Assembly (NCBI GenBank): GCA_964619365.1
Contig: CAZUDQ010000001.1
Coordinates: 18,929 to 82,928 of the forward strand
Direction: 5' to 3'
Source: an uncultured archaeon
GTDB lineage: Archaea; Altiarchaeota; Altiarchaeia; JAFGQM01
Length of the DNA: 64,000 nucleotides
Below the pieces are notes generated by a model. It was not told the origin of the DNA. It did not search any database and was given only the letters and a program-made list of their open reading frames with translations. Shown piece after piece: positions 17,539 to 27,592 of this stretch (within the stretch, counting starts at the first letter, position 1; each line of letters opens with the position of its first letter). Both the position numbers and the translations under genes were made by a program.

Positions 17539-20500
17539 TTAGCTTAAAGTTACTCTGACTTGTGCATCGTCGTTATTTGGTACATCAAAGGACACTGGCA
17601 TAAATGTTACTTTATTGACGCCACATACATTATCCCTGCTTATCCCACTTGTGTAAACTGCAGTATCTGAACCTACAATTAGGTCAGTATTACATCTGAC
17701 TGTGAAGTAACCACATGAGCCATAGCATTCATCGTTATAACAAACAGACACTTTTGTATTTTGATATTTGAAGTTAATGTCTTTACAGGCACCCCCCTCG
17801 GTCAGTGTCAATAACGAACTTGTTTCAGGTAAAGTCCCACCTCCGGTCACAGTACCAGAAGTTGATTTTGTCGGCAGACAAAGAGATGTTATGGACGCCT
17901 GTGCTGCAGTAAATGTTGCTACGTCAGTACAACTACTCTTATATGCATCTTGGGAACCAATTAGGTATTTATACTGCTTGCCAGTTTCTAGATATGCTTC
18001 AATCTGAGCATTGTTTATGCAGTTATTACCCGACTGTGTCCACCCTGAAACAACATTCTTACTTATGCATATCGCTGAAGCTCCAGGTACTGCAGTCAAC
18101 GTTAAGCTTCCAACAGATTTACAGTTAAGCTTCTTGCCATCCTGTGATTTTAATGTTATTTGTCCTGGTGCTGCAGTATACTTCATTAAGTTTGTGAAAC
18201 TTGCAGTGCCCATATCTACTGTTTTTGCCGCGGTAGTTGTTCCCCAAAGACTGCTTGTCGTTTCGGTTGTAAGATACTTTGCAGGGGTCTCTGCTCTTAC
18301 ATCTGGACAATTTGGAACTGTTGCAACAAACTTTGCCGACTGACCGTTACTTGCTTTAAACGTGCATTCATATGCTCCGGTAGTGGTTTCTTTGCAAGTT
18401 GCGGCGGCAAGAATATTTCCGCTAACGCCTGCAACTGAAGCAGTGGCGCCAGTTACCGCTTGGATATTTTTGTCTTGTATTTTTGCTGTTACCTTAAAGT
18501 TTGATGAAGCGCTCTCAACGTAACAATCTGATGAGTCGGTCTTGGCTAGTTTCATATCCTTTTCGACTATTGTCTTTCCACTAAGGTCGGACTTTGGAAC
18601 TACCATTTCAGCGTTATAACATATGTTATCAACAATAACACCCACTCTCACTGCAGCATCAACGTCATTTTTGACTTCAAATACTGCCTCACAGTTCTGG
18701 CCGTTTGGAGTTGCCCCGTCTACTTTCTTAACCCCTAGGTTTTGCTGCGCGTAGCGTATTGTTAAGTCTGAACAGGTCACGCCCTTATCCGTTGGGATGA
18801 CAGTTGTTGAGACTTTTACCTTAAGTTTGGTGTATCCTTCTGTAGCAGTTACACCGCATGCACATATAAGGAGGTTATCGGCTGAAAGCCCGTCTGGAAC
18901 GTTTGTTTTGCTCAGACTTCCTGCTTCAAGCTCAGAGTATGTTTTAGCACTGCATGTCAGCTGCTTTTCTGTGCACTTTGCGCGCAGGTAGTAAAGTGCA
19001 TTGTTCTCTGCACTGTATACCATTGGAAGCTGTGCGTTTGTCTTAAACGCATCAGTCGGTATAAAGCAATCTGCTGCAGTAACGACTACAACTTGGTTCT
19101 TGGCTCCTTTCTTTGCATATGCAACAGCGTCCTTTGAAAGTTTGGTCGTCTGGCAGCTACTTGAGGTACAATATTGAGATATTTTAGTCTCAGTCGGAGT
19201 ATTGCATATTACTGTACCACCGGATGTTGTAGTGCATGTTGTTGTTACCTTCCCAAGCACGAAGAGATCTGCATTTGGCATAATGTATTTGCCCTTGTTC
19301 ATGGGGTTCATCGTCTTGGTCACAGAATCACAATACGAAATTGCGCCGTCCTTCTGCACATCCTCAAACTTTGGATAAGCCTGACCTCCAACAAGGTTCT
19401 TTGCAACAGTTCCTGCAAGTGAGCTTGTCCCGTACTTGTCGGCAGTTGTCAAAACATATATTTTGGTGTCATCACCTGGATACTTAAAGACATCTTTTGG
19501 AATGTCCTGGGTTGTTATGACATATGGGGTAAGCGTACCTACAACACTCTTTGCCGAACTTGAAAGGGTGTTTTCGGCTAGTGCAATAGTCTTGTCTGTC
19601 TCTTTAGCGTCAGCAGGATATGCAAGAGCGTCAACCTTTGCAGATGAGCCTTTGGCTCCTGTTGAGGATTTTTTCCATATGTTGAAATAATTGTTAAACG
19701 CCGAATTACCCTTTATATCTGTTGCTGTTGCCCAAAGGAGATATTTACTTGCGGTTTTGCCACCTGGTGCAGTCACTGCATTTGCAGCTATTCCAACAAC
19801 TGGAGTGTAAAGACCGTGTTCATTACCCTTTACTGCATATACTGCTGCGTCCTTATAGACTTTGTATTTATCGGAAAGTCCATAAGTTTTAAGTGTTGCA
19901 TCGTTTATCTCATCGCGTATGTCAACAATCATGCTCTTTCCACTGGTAACAGAAGATTCAAAGAGCTTTGTAAAGCTATCTTTATTGCACGAATCACCCC
20001 AGAAACTCTCTACATTATCACTGCAACAATATGTCGTTCCAGTGTCGGTTCCTTTTGTAACATATACATATGATGCCCCATTGGCCTTGAAATGATCGAT
20101 TATCTGTTTACATGAAGGATCATTTTCTCGTGTAGTCGTACCGGTACCAAACCAGCCACTCCAGAAACCTTCACTCTGACCTTTTATCTTAGTTGTTGTC
20201 GTACTAGTATAGTCTCTTACCCAGACAACATCGCCATTAGTCGCGCCTGAAGCTTTGTCATCGCCCATGCCTAGAAGCTTCTTACAGTTCTCAAGGTTAA
20301 AGCCTGCCCCCCCCATGCTAACTCCGCCGGGGGCAATTGTTGTCCCCATTTGGGGCGTTCCGCCGACTGTCGAGCCGTATGGGCTGCCGTAGCTTGTCCC
20401 ATAAGGTGAGTTTCCGGAATTCGGTACAGAGTATCCATTCTGGTTCATAAGCCAGATACATCCTGCAAGGTTTATTCCGGCTCCGCCGGCATTTGTATCA

Positions 20501-23500
20501 TCATCACATATACAACCAGCTTCGTACCAGCTCTCATCGTCACATCCACAATCTACACTTGCAGAGACTGAAGTCGAACCACTGCGATCACCGCTTACTG
20601 CGTTTACACTTATTGACTGACTCGAGTCATAATCAACCTGGTTTGTGTATGTATTATAATAGTTTGAGCTTGTCTTCTTCTTGTAGAATGCTGACTCTGG
20701 CATTGTTATATAATATCCGCCACGTCCTGAATTATAGCTTGCCGAGACTGACGTTGAAGTGCTTGAGGGGTAAGCTGATACTGTTGCGTCCTTTACAATA
20801 CCGCAGTCATCTGTTACTTTAACCAGGAAACTCACGCTTCCGCCTGAACCGATGTCAACTGATACTGAACTGGGAGTTGCTGAAACACTTAAAGAGCCGC
20901 ATATATCTTTTGAGCACTTGCATTCCTGGGTGCACCCATAGCCTGAAGAGCATCCTGTCGGGTCTGCTGCCGGGTCGCACTGCTCGCCGGAATCTATTTC
21001 CCCATTTCCACAAAGCTTTGTTGCCGTTATTTTAGCATCAGCATCAATTGCCTTACTTAGGCCATTCCACTTTGTTATTACGGTGAATGTGAGTATTCCT
21101 GACTCATAATCTCCATTGTCTTTTGGCGCCATACTTCGTAAGATTGCACCACGGAAACAGTTCTTTGCCTCATCATAAGTTGCTGTGCGTGTTGCAGTTG
21201 TTGCCCAACCGTCCATCTCATCAACTGAGACTGTGACTGAAGCATCTTTTATCTCCTCGCCGTCCTGGTCAGAGACGAATATGCAAAAGCCCGCACTTGT
21301 CTGTTCTGTCGGGTCGAATGTGACTGAATCAATTGTCACCTTAAGAGCTTCAGTGTAAACATCAAGGTCGTATCCCGCCTGACGTGAACACTGTGCGTTC
21401 TCGTCAATCTGGAAAATTCCTGAATAATTGCCGTCTTCATCAAGTTCGACTATGGCTACTACTTCCTGTTCTGGTGAGTAATCAGTCTGCGCGTAGCCAA
21501 GTGAGAACTGCTCGTATGCGCCGTTAAGCCTGAGTGTGAGGTTTGCCTCATCTCCGTTTATCAAATATACTTTTTGCTCGCCTGAGATAACGCCCGTTGT
21601 TATAGATGACTCGCCGCGCGCGCCGTCAACTAATATTCTTAAGGGTATCTTGCCCTTCTCTCCGTTTTGTATGCGGACATTGTCTCCTGAGTCAAGCACT
21701 TCTATTCCAAGTGTGCAAAGTGAGCCAAGGTTGTATATTACAATCTCGCCACAGCTTCCATTTGAAACTTCACTTGCTTCAAACTCGTAGTCATCAAGAG
21801 GTGCGTATAATGTAAGGTCTTCTTTTACCTTAAAGTAATATTCATCAAGCTCTTTGCCATAGAACCTTGCAATCCCGCTTGAGTCAGTCTCTATTGTCTT
21901 TATCGGGGCTGAGAAGTTATCGTTGTAATACATTATAACATCAATATCTGCTGCGGGTTGTGAGCTGTCTGAAAGACGCGCCTGGACACAAATCGGGTAT
22001 GCTTCTGGGAGTGAGACGTCAACTGTCACCTCACCATTTGGTATCATCTCGATTATGTCGCCTTCGGATTCGCCGTCGTATGTGGCATAATCTTCTGCCT
22101 TGACAACTACATAGATATCTCTTTGTACTATCTGGCCGCCGTTATTGACTTCTGCAGGGACATCTGTAAATGGCCAGCAACCGCCGACTCCAGCTCGTGC
22201 AGAGACTATTGCCTGTCCTGTCGTATAATCATATACTGTGATATTTGCCCTGAGTGGGAGTCCGGTTTCTTCTGATGTTACACACACCTTGATATCTCCG
22301 TTATCTATTATTACGGGGGCTGAGCCTGTGTATATCGTACCGTTTGCCATGCTTCCGCCAACGATTGATGCAACGCCTGAAGTCTTTGGGGAACTGCCAA
22401 GGTTCAGTGCTTTGACATAGACCTGGGTTCCGTCTGGAATGTTTTTAAAGGTATAACAGTTTTCCTCTTCAGCGTCATCGTCCCCGGTTTCTGCTGTCCA
22501 GAGAAGCTCGTTGTTGGAATTGTAAAGCTCAAGATCTGCATTGTCAAACGTGTCGCCGTCCTTATAGACACATACTTCGTACTCGCCAGAATTATCATCG
22601 TCTGCGCGGCAGGCAACAATATTCATTATCGCACCCTCTGATGATGCTATTCTTCCTGACTTTGAAAGAAGGTAGTCATCATCGTATGCGACTGCATAAA
22701 CTTCACGCCCGCTTGAAAGCTTTACTTTTGTGTTCCCGCAACTGGGAATTGTAAGCCCTGTTATTGTGCCCATGCATTCTGAGTAATCTTCGTCTATTAC
22801 CATGTCGGTTGCGGCATCAATTATCATGACTTTTATTCCTGTTAGGGGGTCGCCACCACAATCATCAACGTGGGCATATACTGTTACTGTCGAGCTTGCG
22901 GACTGTTCCTGCATAGTGACTGTGAAGCTTGTTACTCCTGAATAGGATATTGTCTTTGCGTTTGCAGGGGACTCATAAGGGGCATATCCTGCTATTTGCA
23001 CGACTGGATAAACGCTTACACCTTCAGGAAGACCTGCAAAGTCCTCACATGCCGAATCAATCGGACGCGCGGTTCCGTAGGTGACACCGTCAATCCCTCT
23101 TAGCATTAGTGTGCCACTATCTAGTGGATAACCATCGTTGTCATAAACGCAGACTTCGACTTTTCCGACAGTCTGGAGTGAGACCTGGTAGATAAGGTCG
23201 CTTTTTGAGACGTCAAGCTTGTTGCCTGCAGTCTTTCCATTGTATTGTGATACTGAAGCTGTGCTGGGATATACTGTCGCATAAACGCTTGTTCCCAAGG
23301 GGACGCCCGATATGCTTACTGTGCCATCGTTGTATGTCGTCTCCGGGCCTCCGATTAAGGTTGATGTGTCCCAGTCAAATAACTGAACGTCTGCGCCTAG
23401 TACTGGCTGATACTCTGAATCAACGACCTTTACCTGAAGGCTTGTTGTAAGCGATGTTTTGGGTATTGTTATTTTCGCTGTGTTCTCACCTTGTGTTATG

Positions 23501-24159
23501 GTTACTTTTTGACCAGCTGGGGGGTATTTTTCCTTACCTATTGAAAGCTGTAAAATCCCTTCTGCACCTGCCGGGATGTCAGAGAAGCTTGCCTTGTTTG
23601 AAAGAACTGATTTTGTCTGTGAATACTTTCCGGGTGAAGTCAATGTCGCATAAGTTCCGCTTGGAAGTTCGCCGCCGCCAGATACTTCAATATCTACACT
23701 AAGGGAACCCACTTCCGGGGCGAGTTCAAGCTTGACTGAGCCATCCTCTGATTCTAAGAGTTTTTGTTCTGATGCTGTGACATAGCCTTCAGAACTAGCA
23801 GAAATTGTTGTTTCAATATCACGCGGGAATTTTATGTTTGCGCGGCCGTTGGCATCAGTTGTATTGCTTACTCTGCCTTCAGGTCCGTTATAATAAACTG
23901 TTGCGTCTTCAATCGGGAAGCCATCTGACTCCACCTGCACAAGAAGCGCACCCATCGAAACTCCGCCTGCTGCGCCAAGTGCCAGAGCAAGAAGAACGAT
24001 TATAGCTACCGCTATGAGGGCAATTAATAGTAATGGGTTTATGTGGTGTTTGTCACAGAAGGTGGCAAGGGGAATACCCTTTGCCTCTAACTTCTCTGCA
24101 GAAGACCACGCTTTCTCGGTCAACCCATCGATAAATCCAGTTTTTCCTCCGCTTGGCAT
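17539..24159 (-). CDS. Giant membrane-anchored surface protein (2206 aa); carboxypeptidase-regulatory/Ig-like repeats, Cys-rich motif, T/K-rich C-terminal half
   Basis: N-terminal amphipathic motif + TM; repeated V.V.D..G.P+..A.V beta-sandwich units; CGNGEIDSGEQCD; many Cys pairs. Confidence 0.85.
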   Translation of the reverse strand: MPSGGKTGFIDGLTEKAWSSAEKLEAKGIPLATFCDKHHINPLLLIALIAVAIIVLLALALGAAGGVSMGALLVQVESDGFPIEDATVYYNGPEGRVSNTTDANGRANIKFPRDIETTISASSEGYVTASEQKLLESEDGSVKLELAPEVGSLSVDIEVSGGGELPSGTYATLTSPGKYSQTKSVLSNKASFSDIPAGAEGILQLSIGKEKYPPAGQKVTITQGENTAKITIPKTSLTTSLQVKVVDSEYQPVLGADVQLFDWDTSTLIGGPETTYNDGTVSISGVPLGTSVYATVYPSTASVSQYNGKTAGNKLDVSKSDLIYQVSLQTVGKVEVCVYDNDGYPLDSGTLMLRGIDGVTYGTARPIDSACEDFAGLPEGVSVYPVVQIAGYAPYESPANAKTISYSGVTSFTVTMQEQSASSTVTVYAHVDDCGGDPLTGIKVMIIDAATDMVIDEDYSECMGTITGLTIPSCGNTKVKLSSGREVYAVAYDDDYLLSKSGRIASSEGAIMNIVACRADDDNSGEYEVCVYKDGDTFDNADLELYNSNNELLWTAETGDDDAEEENCYTFKNIPDGTQVYVKALNLGSSPKTSGVASIVGGSMANGTIYTGSAPVIIDNGDIKVCVTSEETGLPLRANITVYDYTTGQAIVSARAGVGGCWPFTDVPAEVNNGGQIVQRDIYVVVKAEDYATYDGESEGDIIEMIPNGEVTVDVSLPEAYPICVQARLSDSSQPAADIDVIMYYNDNFSAPIKTIETDSSGIARFYGKELDEYYFKVKEDLTLYAPLDDYEFEASEVSNGSCGEIVIYNLGSLCTLGIEVLDSGDNVRIQNGEKGKIPLRILVDGARGESSITTGVISGEQKVYLINGDEANLTLRLNGAYEQFSLGYAQTDYSPEQEVVAIVELDEDGNYSGIFQIDENAQCSRQAGYDLDVYTEALKVTIDSVTFDPTEQTSAGFCIFVSDQDGEEIKDASVTVSVDEMDGWATTATRTATYDEAKNCFRGAILRSMAPKDNGDYESGILTFTVITKWNGLSKAIDADAKITATKLCGNGEIDSGEQCDPAADPTGCSSGYGCTQECKCSKDICGSLSVSATPSSVSVDIGSGGSVSFLVKVTDDCGIVKDATVSAYPSSTSTSVSASYNSGRGGYYITMPESAFYKKKTSSNYYNTYTNQVDYDSSQSISVNAVSGDRSGSTSVSASVDCGCDDESWYEAGCICDDDTNAGGAGINLAGCIWLMNQNGYSVPNSGNSPYGTSYGSPYGSTVGGTPQMGTTIAPGGVSMGGAGFNLENCKKLLGMGDDKASGATNGDVVWVRDYTSTTTTKIKGQSEGFWSGWFGTGTTTRENDPSCKQIIDHFKANGASYVYVTKGTDTGTTYCCSDNVESFWGDSCNKDSFTKLFESSVTSGKSMIVDIRDEINDATLKTYGLSDKYKVYKDAAVYAVKGNEHGLYTPVVGIAANAVTAPGGKTASKYLLWATATDIKGNSAFNNYFNIWKKSSTGAKGSSAKVDALAYPADAKETDKTIALAENTLSSSAKSVVGTLTPYVITTQDIPKDVFKYPGDDTKIYVLTTADKYGTSSLAGTVAKNLVGGQAYPKFEDVQKDGAISYCDSVTKTMNPMNKGKYIMPNADLFVLGKVTTTCTTTSGGTVICNTPTETKISQYCTSSSCQTTKLSKDAVAYAKKGAKNQVVVVTAADCFIPTDAFKTNAQLPMVYSAENNALYYLRAKCTEKQLTCSAKTYSELEAGSLSKTNVPDGLSADNLLICACGVTATEGYTKLKVKVSTTVIPTDKGVTCSDLTIRYAQQNLGVKKVDGATPNGQNCEAVFEVKNDVDAAVRVGVIVDNICYNAEMVVPKSDLSGKTIVEKDMKLAKTDSSDCYVESASSNFKVTAKIQDKNIQAVTGATASVAGVSGNILAAATCKETTTGAYECTFKASNGQSAKFVATVPNCPDVRAETPAKYLTTETTSSLWGTTTAAKTVDMGTASFTNLMKYTAAPGQITLKSQDGKKLNCKSVGSLTLTAVPGASAICISKNVVSGWTQSGNNCINNAQIEAYLETGKQYKYLIGSQDAYKSSCTDVATFTAAQASITSLCLPTKSTSGTVTGGGTLPETSSLLTLTEGGACKDINFKYQNTKVSVCYNDECYGSCGYFTVRCNTDLIVGSDTAVYTSGISRDNVCGVNKVTFMPVSFDVPNNDDAQVRVTLS

Positions 24160-24274
24160 TTTAGATAGTAATAGTTGCTTTAATTAAGCGAGTAAGACAT
24201 AAAAACCCTTAAAAATACCTATTTCAAAATAGAAAAAGAAGCTTGATGGGTGTAATTACCCTAAAGTCTGCGCC

Positions 24275-25966
24275 TTACAAGAACTTCTCGACAAGGCGAG
24301 CGTAGGCCGGCCTTGATATTAGGATTCCGATAAGAACACCAACTATTGCAGTTACCGCAAAGCCACGAAGGTCGCTTATACTATAAAGCGGCACCATGGC
24401 ACAGATTGTTGTTAAGGCTGAGGTAAATATTATAAAGAAGGCACGGTCTATTGACTGCTTTAGGTCCCATATTTTCTTATCCTTGCGCTCCACACCACCA
24501 TTGCCACGCAGAGCTTCATCAGTTATTATTATCTGGTGGTCAACACCGGTTCCAATAGCTGCGATTATTCCTGCTATTGCGGCGAGGTCAAGCTCCCAGC
24601 TTGTGATTGAGGCAAATCCTAAAATCATTAGAACCTCAGAAAATCCAGTTACAAGAATAAGTGCCGAAATTTTCGGCTTCCTGTATCTTAATGAAACAAT
24701 ACATGCGACAAAGCCTATTGCAACAAGAGCGATTAATCCTGCGTACTTAAGGAACTCTTGACCGAGTTCAGGGAGATTCGGACGCTCGCTTACGATATCT
24801 GCTTTTACAGGCAGGCTTCCTGATTTCAGCCAAATCTTAAAGTTAAGTACTGTTTCACGCGCCGCCGCCTCGGTTGCCGAGCCCCCTTCAAAGACTGAAG
24901 AGTATACTGGGCCTCCTGATGTTAAGCCTTCCCCAATCTGAAGAGTGCTTTTTATTCCAATAATATTGTCTACCCATGACTCGTCATTATCCGGCCTATC
25001 TTTGGTCTTGGCATAATTTATGTGCCACTCTGACTCGCCTTTTATTACTTCTGTTAAGGTGATATTAAGCTTTTCTACTTCTGCTAAGAGCTCTGCTGGA
25101 AGTTCGTTTGAGTTTATCGGGATTATTATTTCTTTTATCCCGCCTCCGCGAACCAAGGAATCAATCTCGGCAACTGCAGATGATAAATCAAATGTCTTGG
25201 TAGTTTCAGTTTCGTTTGCAGTCTCGTTTAGAGTGCCGTTTATTGCTATGCCAAGCTCATCAAGTATGCTTAGGTTATCTTCAGGAACAGAAATTTCGAC
25301 TTTTTCTGTTGAATAACAGATTACGGGAACATTTGCCCGCTCCTCGATAAAAGAAAGCGTTGTGTAACCTGTGTCCTCGACGTGGTTTCTAAACTCCTGG
25401 GAAGCAAGCTCTGTGCAGTCCTCTTCAGTTAGAAGTATGAGTGATTCACTTGGGCGGTCAAGGAATATGTCTGTCATGTGCCCTGCCATGCCTTCCATGA
25501 CATTTCCTGAACGTTTAGGGGCCTCGCCTGTTGCCTTGACATATACTTTCCAGCTTGTACCCTGTATAAATGAGCCGCCCTGAGATGCTGCGTCGAGTTG
25601 AATCTCATCGCCTGATGCTGCAAGTTCCCCTTCAACCATCTGCTCAAAAAGCGCCTGCTGGTTTATTATGTCTCTTAGTTGCTCAAGTTCTGTTTCCTCT
25701 GTCGTTGAGACTTTGATTGTAATATATTTATTTCCGGCCTCCTTTAGGACTTGGGTTGATTTAAGACCCATTTTGTTTAACCTGTCCTTTAAGATTGAAA
25801 TCACTTCGTCGGCATATTCCCCACCACCTGTTTCAATCTCCATCCTAAGGATAGTTCCTCCAGTAAAATCTATTCCAAAAGTGAGACCATTAAGTAGAAT
25901 TGTAATTATCGATAACGCGACAATGATACCCATAAGGATAACCCGCCAGTCTTGACTTAGTTTCAT
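24275..25966 (-). CDS. secD: Protein translocase subunit SecD
   Basis: GIDFTGGT, LKSGSLPV, LDLAAIAGIIAAIGTGVD, LRGFA. Confidence 0.93.
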   Translation of the reverse strand: MKLSQDWRVILMGIIVALSIITILLNGLTFGIDFTGGTILRMEIETGGGEYADEVISILKDRLNKMGLKSTQVLKEAGNKYITIKVSTTEETELEQLRDIINQQALFEQMVEGELAASGDEIQLDAASQGGSFIQGTSWKVYVKATGEAPKRSGNVMEGMAGHMTDIFLDRPSESLILLTEEDCTELASQEFRNHVEDTGYTTLSFIEERANVPVICYSTEKVEISVPEDNLSILDELGIAINGTLNETANETETTKTFDLSSAVAEIDSLVRGGGIKEIIIPINSNELPAELLAEVEKLNITLTEVIKGESEWHINYAKTKDRPDNDESWVDNIIGIKSTLQIGEGLTSGGPVYSSVFEGGSATEAAARETVLNFKIWLKSGSLPVKADIVSERPNLPELGQEFLKYAGLIALVAIGFVACIVSLRYRKPKISALILVTGFSEVLMILGFASITSWELDLAAIAGIIAAIGTGVDHQIIITDEALRGNGGVERKDKKIWDLKQSIDRAFFIIFTSALTTICAMVPLYSISDLRGFAVTAIVGVLIGILISRPAYARLVEKFL

Positions 25967-26871
25967 GATCTAAAAAGCGAAAAGTTAAATCTCTTTTTTG
26001 TGCTTGCAGGCTTTTTCCTGCGCACATACCAAAGGAGTATTGCAAGGTTTGTAAGCCATGTTGTTGCAAGGTCGATTGTCAGGCCCACAAGAAGGACTGT
26101 TGCAATCTGTGATATTGAAGGCATCTCGACAAACATAGTCACAATAAATATTGCTGCCATCGCACCAAGAGTCGTGCCAGTCATCGTGATACCTGTTGAG
26201 AAGGCATCATTTATTTTCTTTGCAGATTCGCCGCCGCTTTCCTTAAGCAGTTTTGAAGTCAGCATTATGTCCGTGTCAATCGAATAACCAATAAGCATAA
26301 GAAGTGCTGCAACGCCTGCAAGATTTAGTTCAAATCCAAAAAGCGAGAGTATGCCAAGCGCAATTAATATGTCGAAGAATGCCGCCTGGATTACTGCAAT
26401 TGAAGGTACTAGTGAACGGAATGCAATAAAGACTATTATTATCATGAGAATCGCAGCAGCAGTCACTGCCCAGATTCCCTGCTCCATTAAGGTCTTTCCA
26501 AGTTCGGGCTTGTATGTTGAGACCATTATGCGTGAAGTCTCTTCATCACTTATGCCAAGAGAGCTAAACGCATTTAGTGCGCAGGTTTTATTCATCTGGT
26601 CTTTTGTCCTGGCAATAACAGAAGTCTCTCCGTTTAGTTCCCCTATTTTAACGTTAAGTTCGCCACCTTGTGTGCAGGGACTAAGGGCTGAGTTAACCTG
26701 CTGTGCGGTGAGTGCTACAGGAATAAGCGCCTGAATCTCGGTACCGCCAGTAAAGTCGATTCCAAGCGGGATATTAAGCGCTGGATAAATCATGAGAAGG
26801 CCGATAATTGGAATTAGAACTATCCATAGCCTATAATCGACTTTCGAAAAAACTGATTCATAATAACCCAT
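25963..26871 (-). CDS. secF: Protein translocase subunit SecF
   Basis: GIDFTGGT, FRS, ALLMLIGYSIDTDI; 4-bp overlap with secD. Confidence 0.94.
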   Translation of the reverse strand: MGYYESVFSKVDYRLWIVLIPIIGLLMIYPALNIPLGIDFTGGTEIQALIPVALTAQQVNSALSPCTQGGELNVKIGELNGETSVIARTKDQMNKTCALNAFSSLGISDEETSRIMVSTYKPELGKTLMEQGIWAVTAAAILMIIIVFIAFRSLVPSIAVIQAAFFDILIALGILSLFGFELNLAGVAALLMLIGYSIDTDIMLTSKLLKESGGESAKKINDAFSTGITMTGTTLGAMAAIFIVTMFVEMPSISQIATVLLVGLTIDLATTWLTNLAILLWYVRRKKPASTKKRFNFSLFRS

Positions 26872-26971
26872 TTAATGCCACCTGCCGCAGATGCGACTGC
26901 GTAGTTTTGACTTTTAGCATATATAAATGTTAAGTCGTTTTAGATGATTTTTGTGTGCGTTAAATCTTAAT

Positions 26972-27592
26972 TCATATCGACGAATATGAACAGGCTTCAG
27001 GAACCTTGGAACATACATTATCCGCATTAAGGAAGTACCATCTTCCTTTAAACATAGTCTCAAGTTCAGTAGGGGGCTCTTCAGTTTCACATTTTAGATA
27101 ATAGTGGGTCACATACGGCCATACTGCTGTTCGTGCATTAGGTATCGGTGTAAAGCCGTTTTCATTGTCTGTAAGGAGAATGTCTTTTATGTTCGCACTT
27201 GATTTTATATCCAAAAATGAGTGTATAGCATCACGGACTTCACAATCAATTCCAAAACCCTCTCTGTATATCGGGACATATGTATTGCCCAGCGCATCTT
27301 TTAACCCGTCTTTCATCTTCGTATATACTTCTGTCATGTAGGGCGAGCCTTCAGGGTCATAATTGTTTATTACTTGCTGAAGAAAATTCTGGAAGAAAAC
27401 ATCAAATGCGTCAGCCTGTATAGTGTAAGAAATAAAAACAAGAGGCGACTCCATTCCGGCGCGCGCCGTTTCGACCTGCTGTTCATTTTCCGTCATTATC
27501 GATGCGCCAACACCAATTGTTATTGCCAGAAAAAATACACCAAGAATTGGTGATGTTACGTAAAATCCCTTGCGTGAAGAGAAAAATTTCAT
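26972..27592 (-). CDS. Pilin-like protein with class III (type IV prepilin-like) signal
   Basis: SRKG|FYVTSPILG followed by a hydrophobic helix; N-terminus paralogous to 51690-53546. Confidence 0.65.
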   Translation of the reverse strand: MKFFSSRKGFYVTSPILGVFFLAITIGVGASIMTENEQQVETARAGMESPLVFISYTIQADAFDVFFQNFLQQVINNYDPEGSPYMTEVYTKMKDGLKDALGNTYVPIYREGFGIDCEVRDAIHSFLDIKSSANIKDILLTDNENGFTPIPNARTAVWPYVTHYYLKCETEEPPTELETMFKGRWYFLNADNVCSKVPEACSYSSI

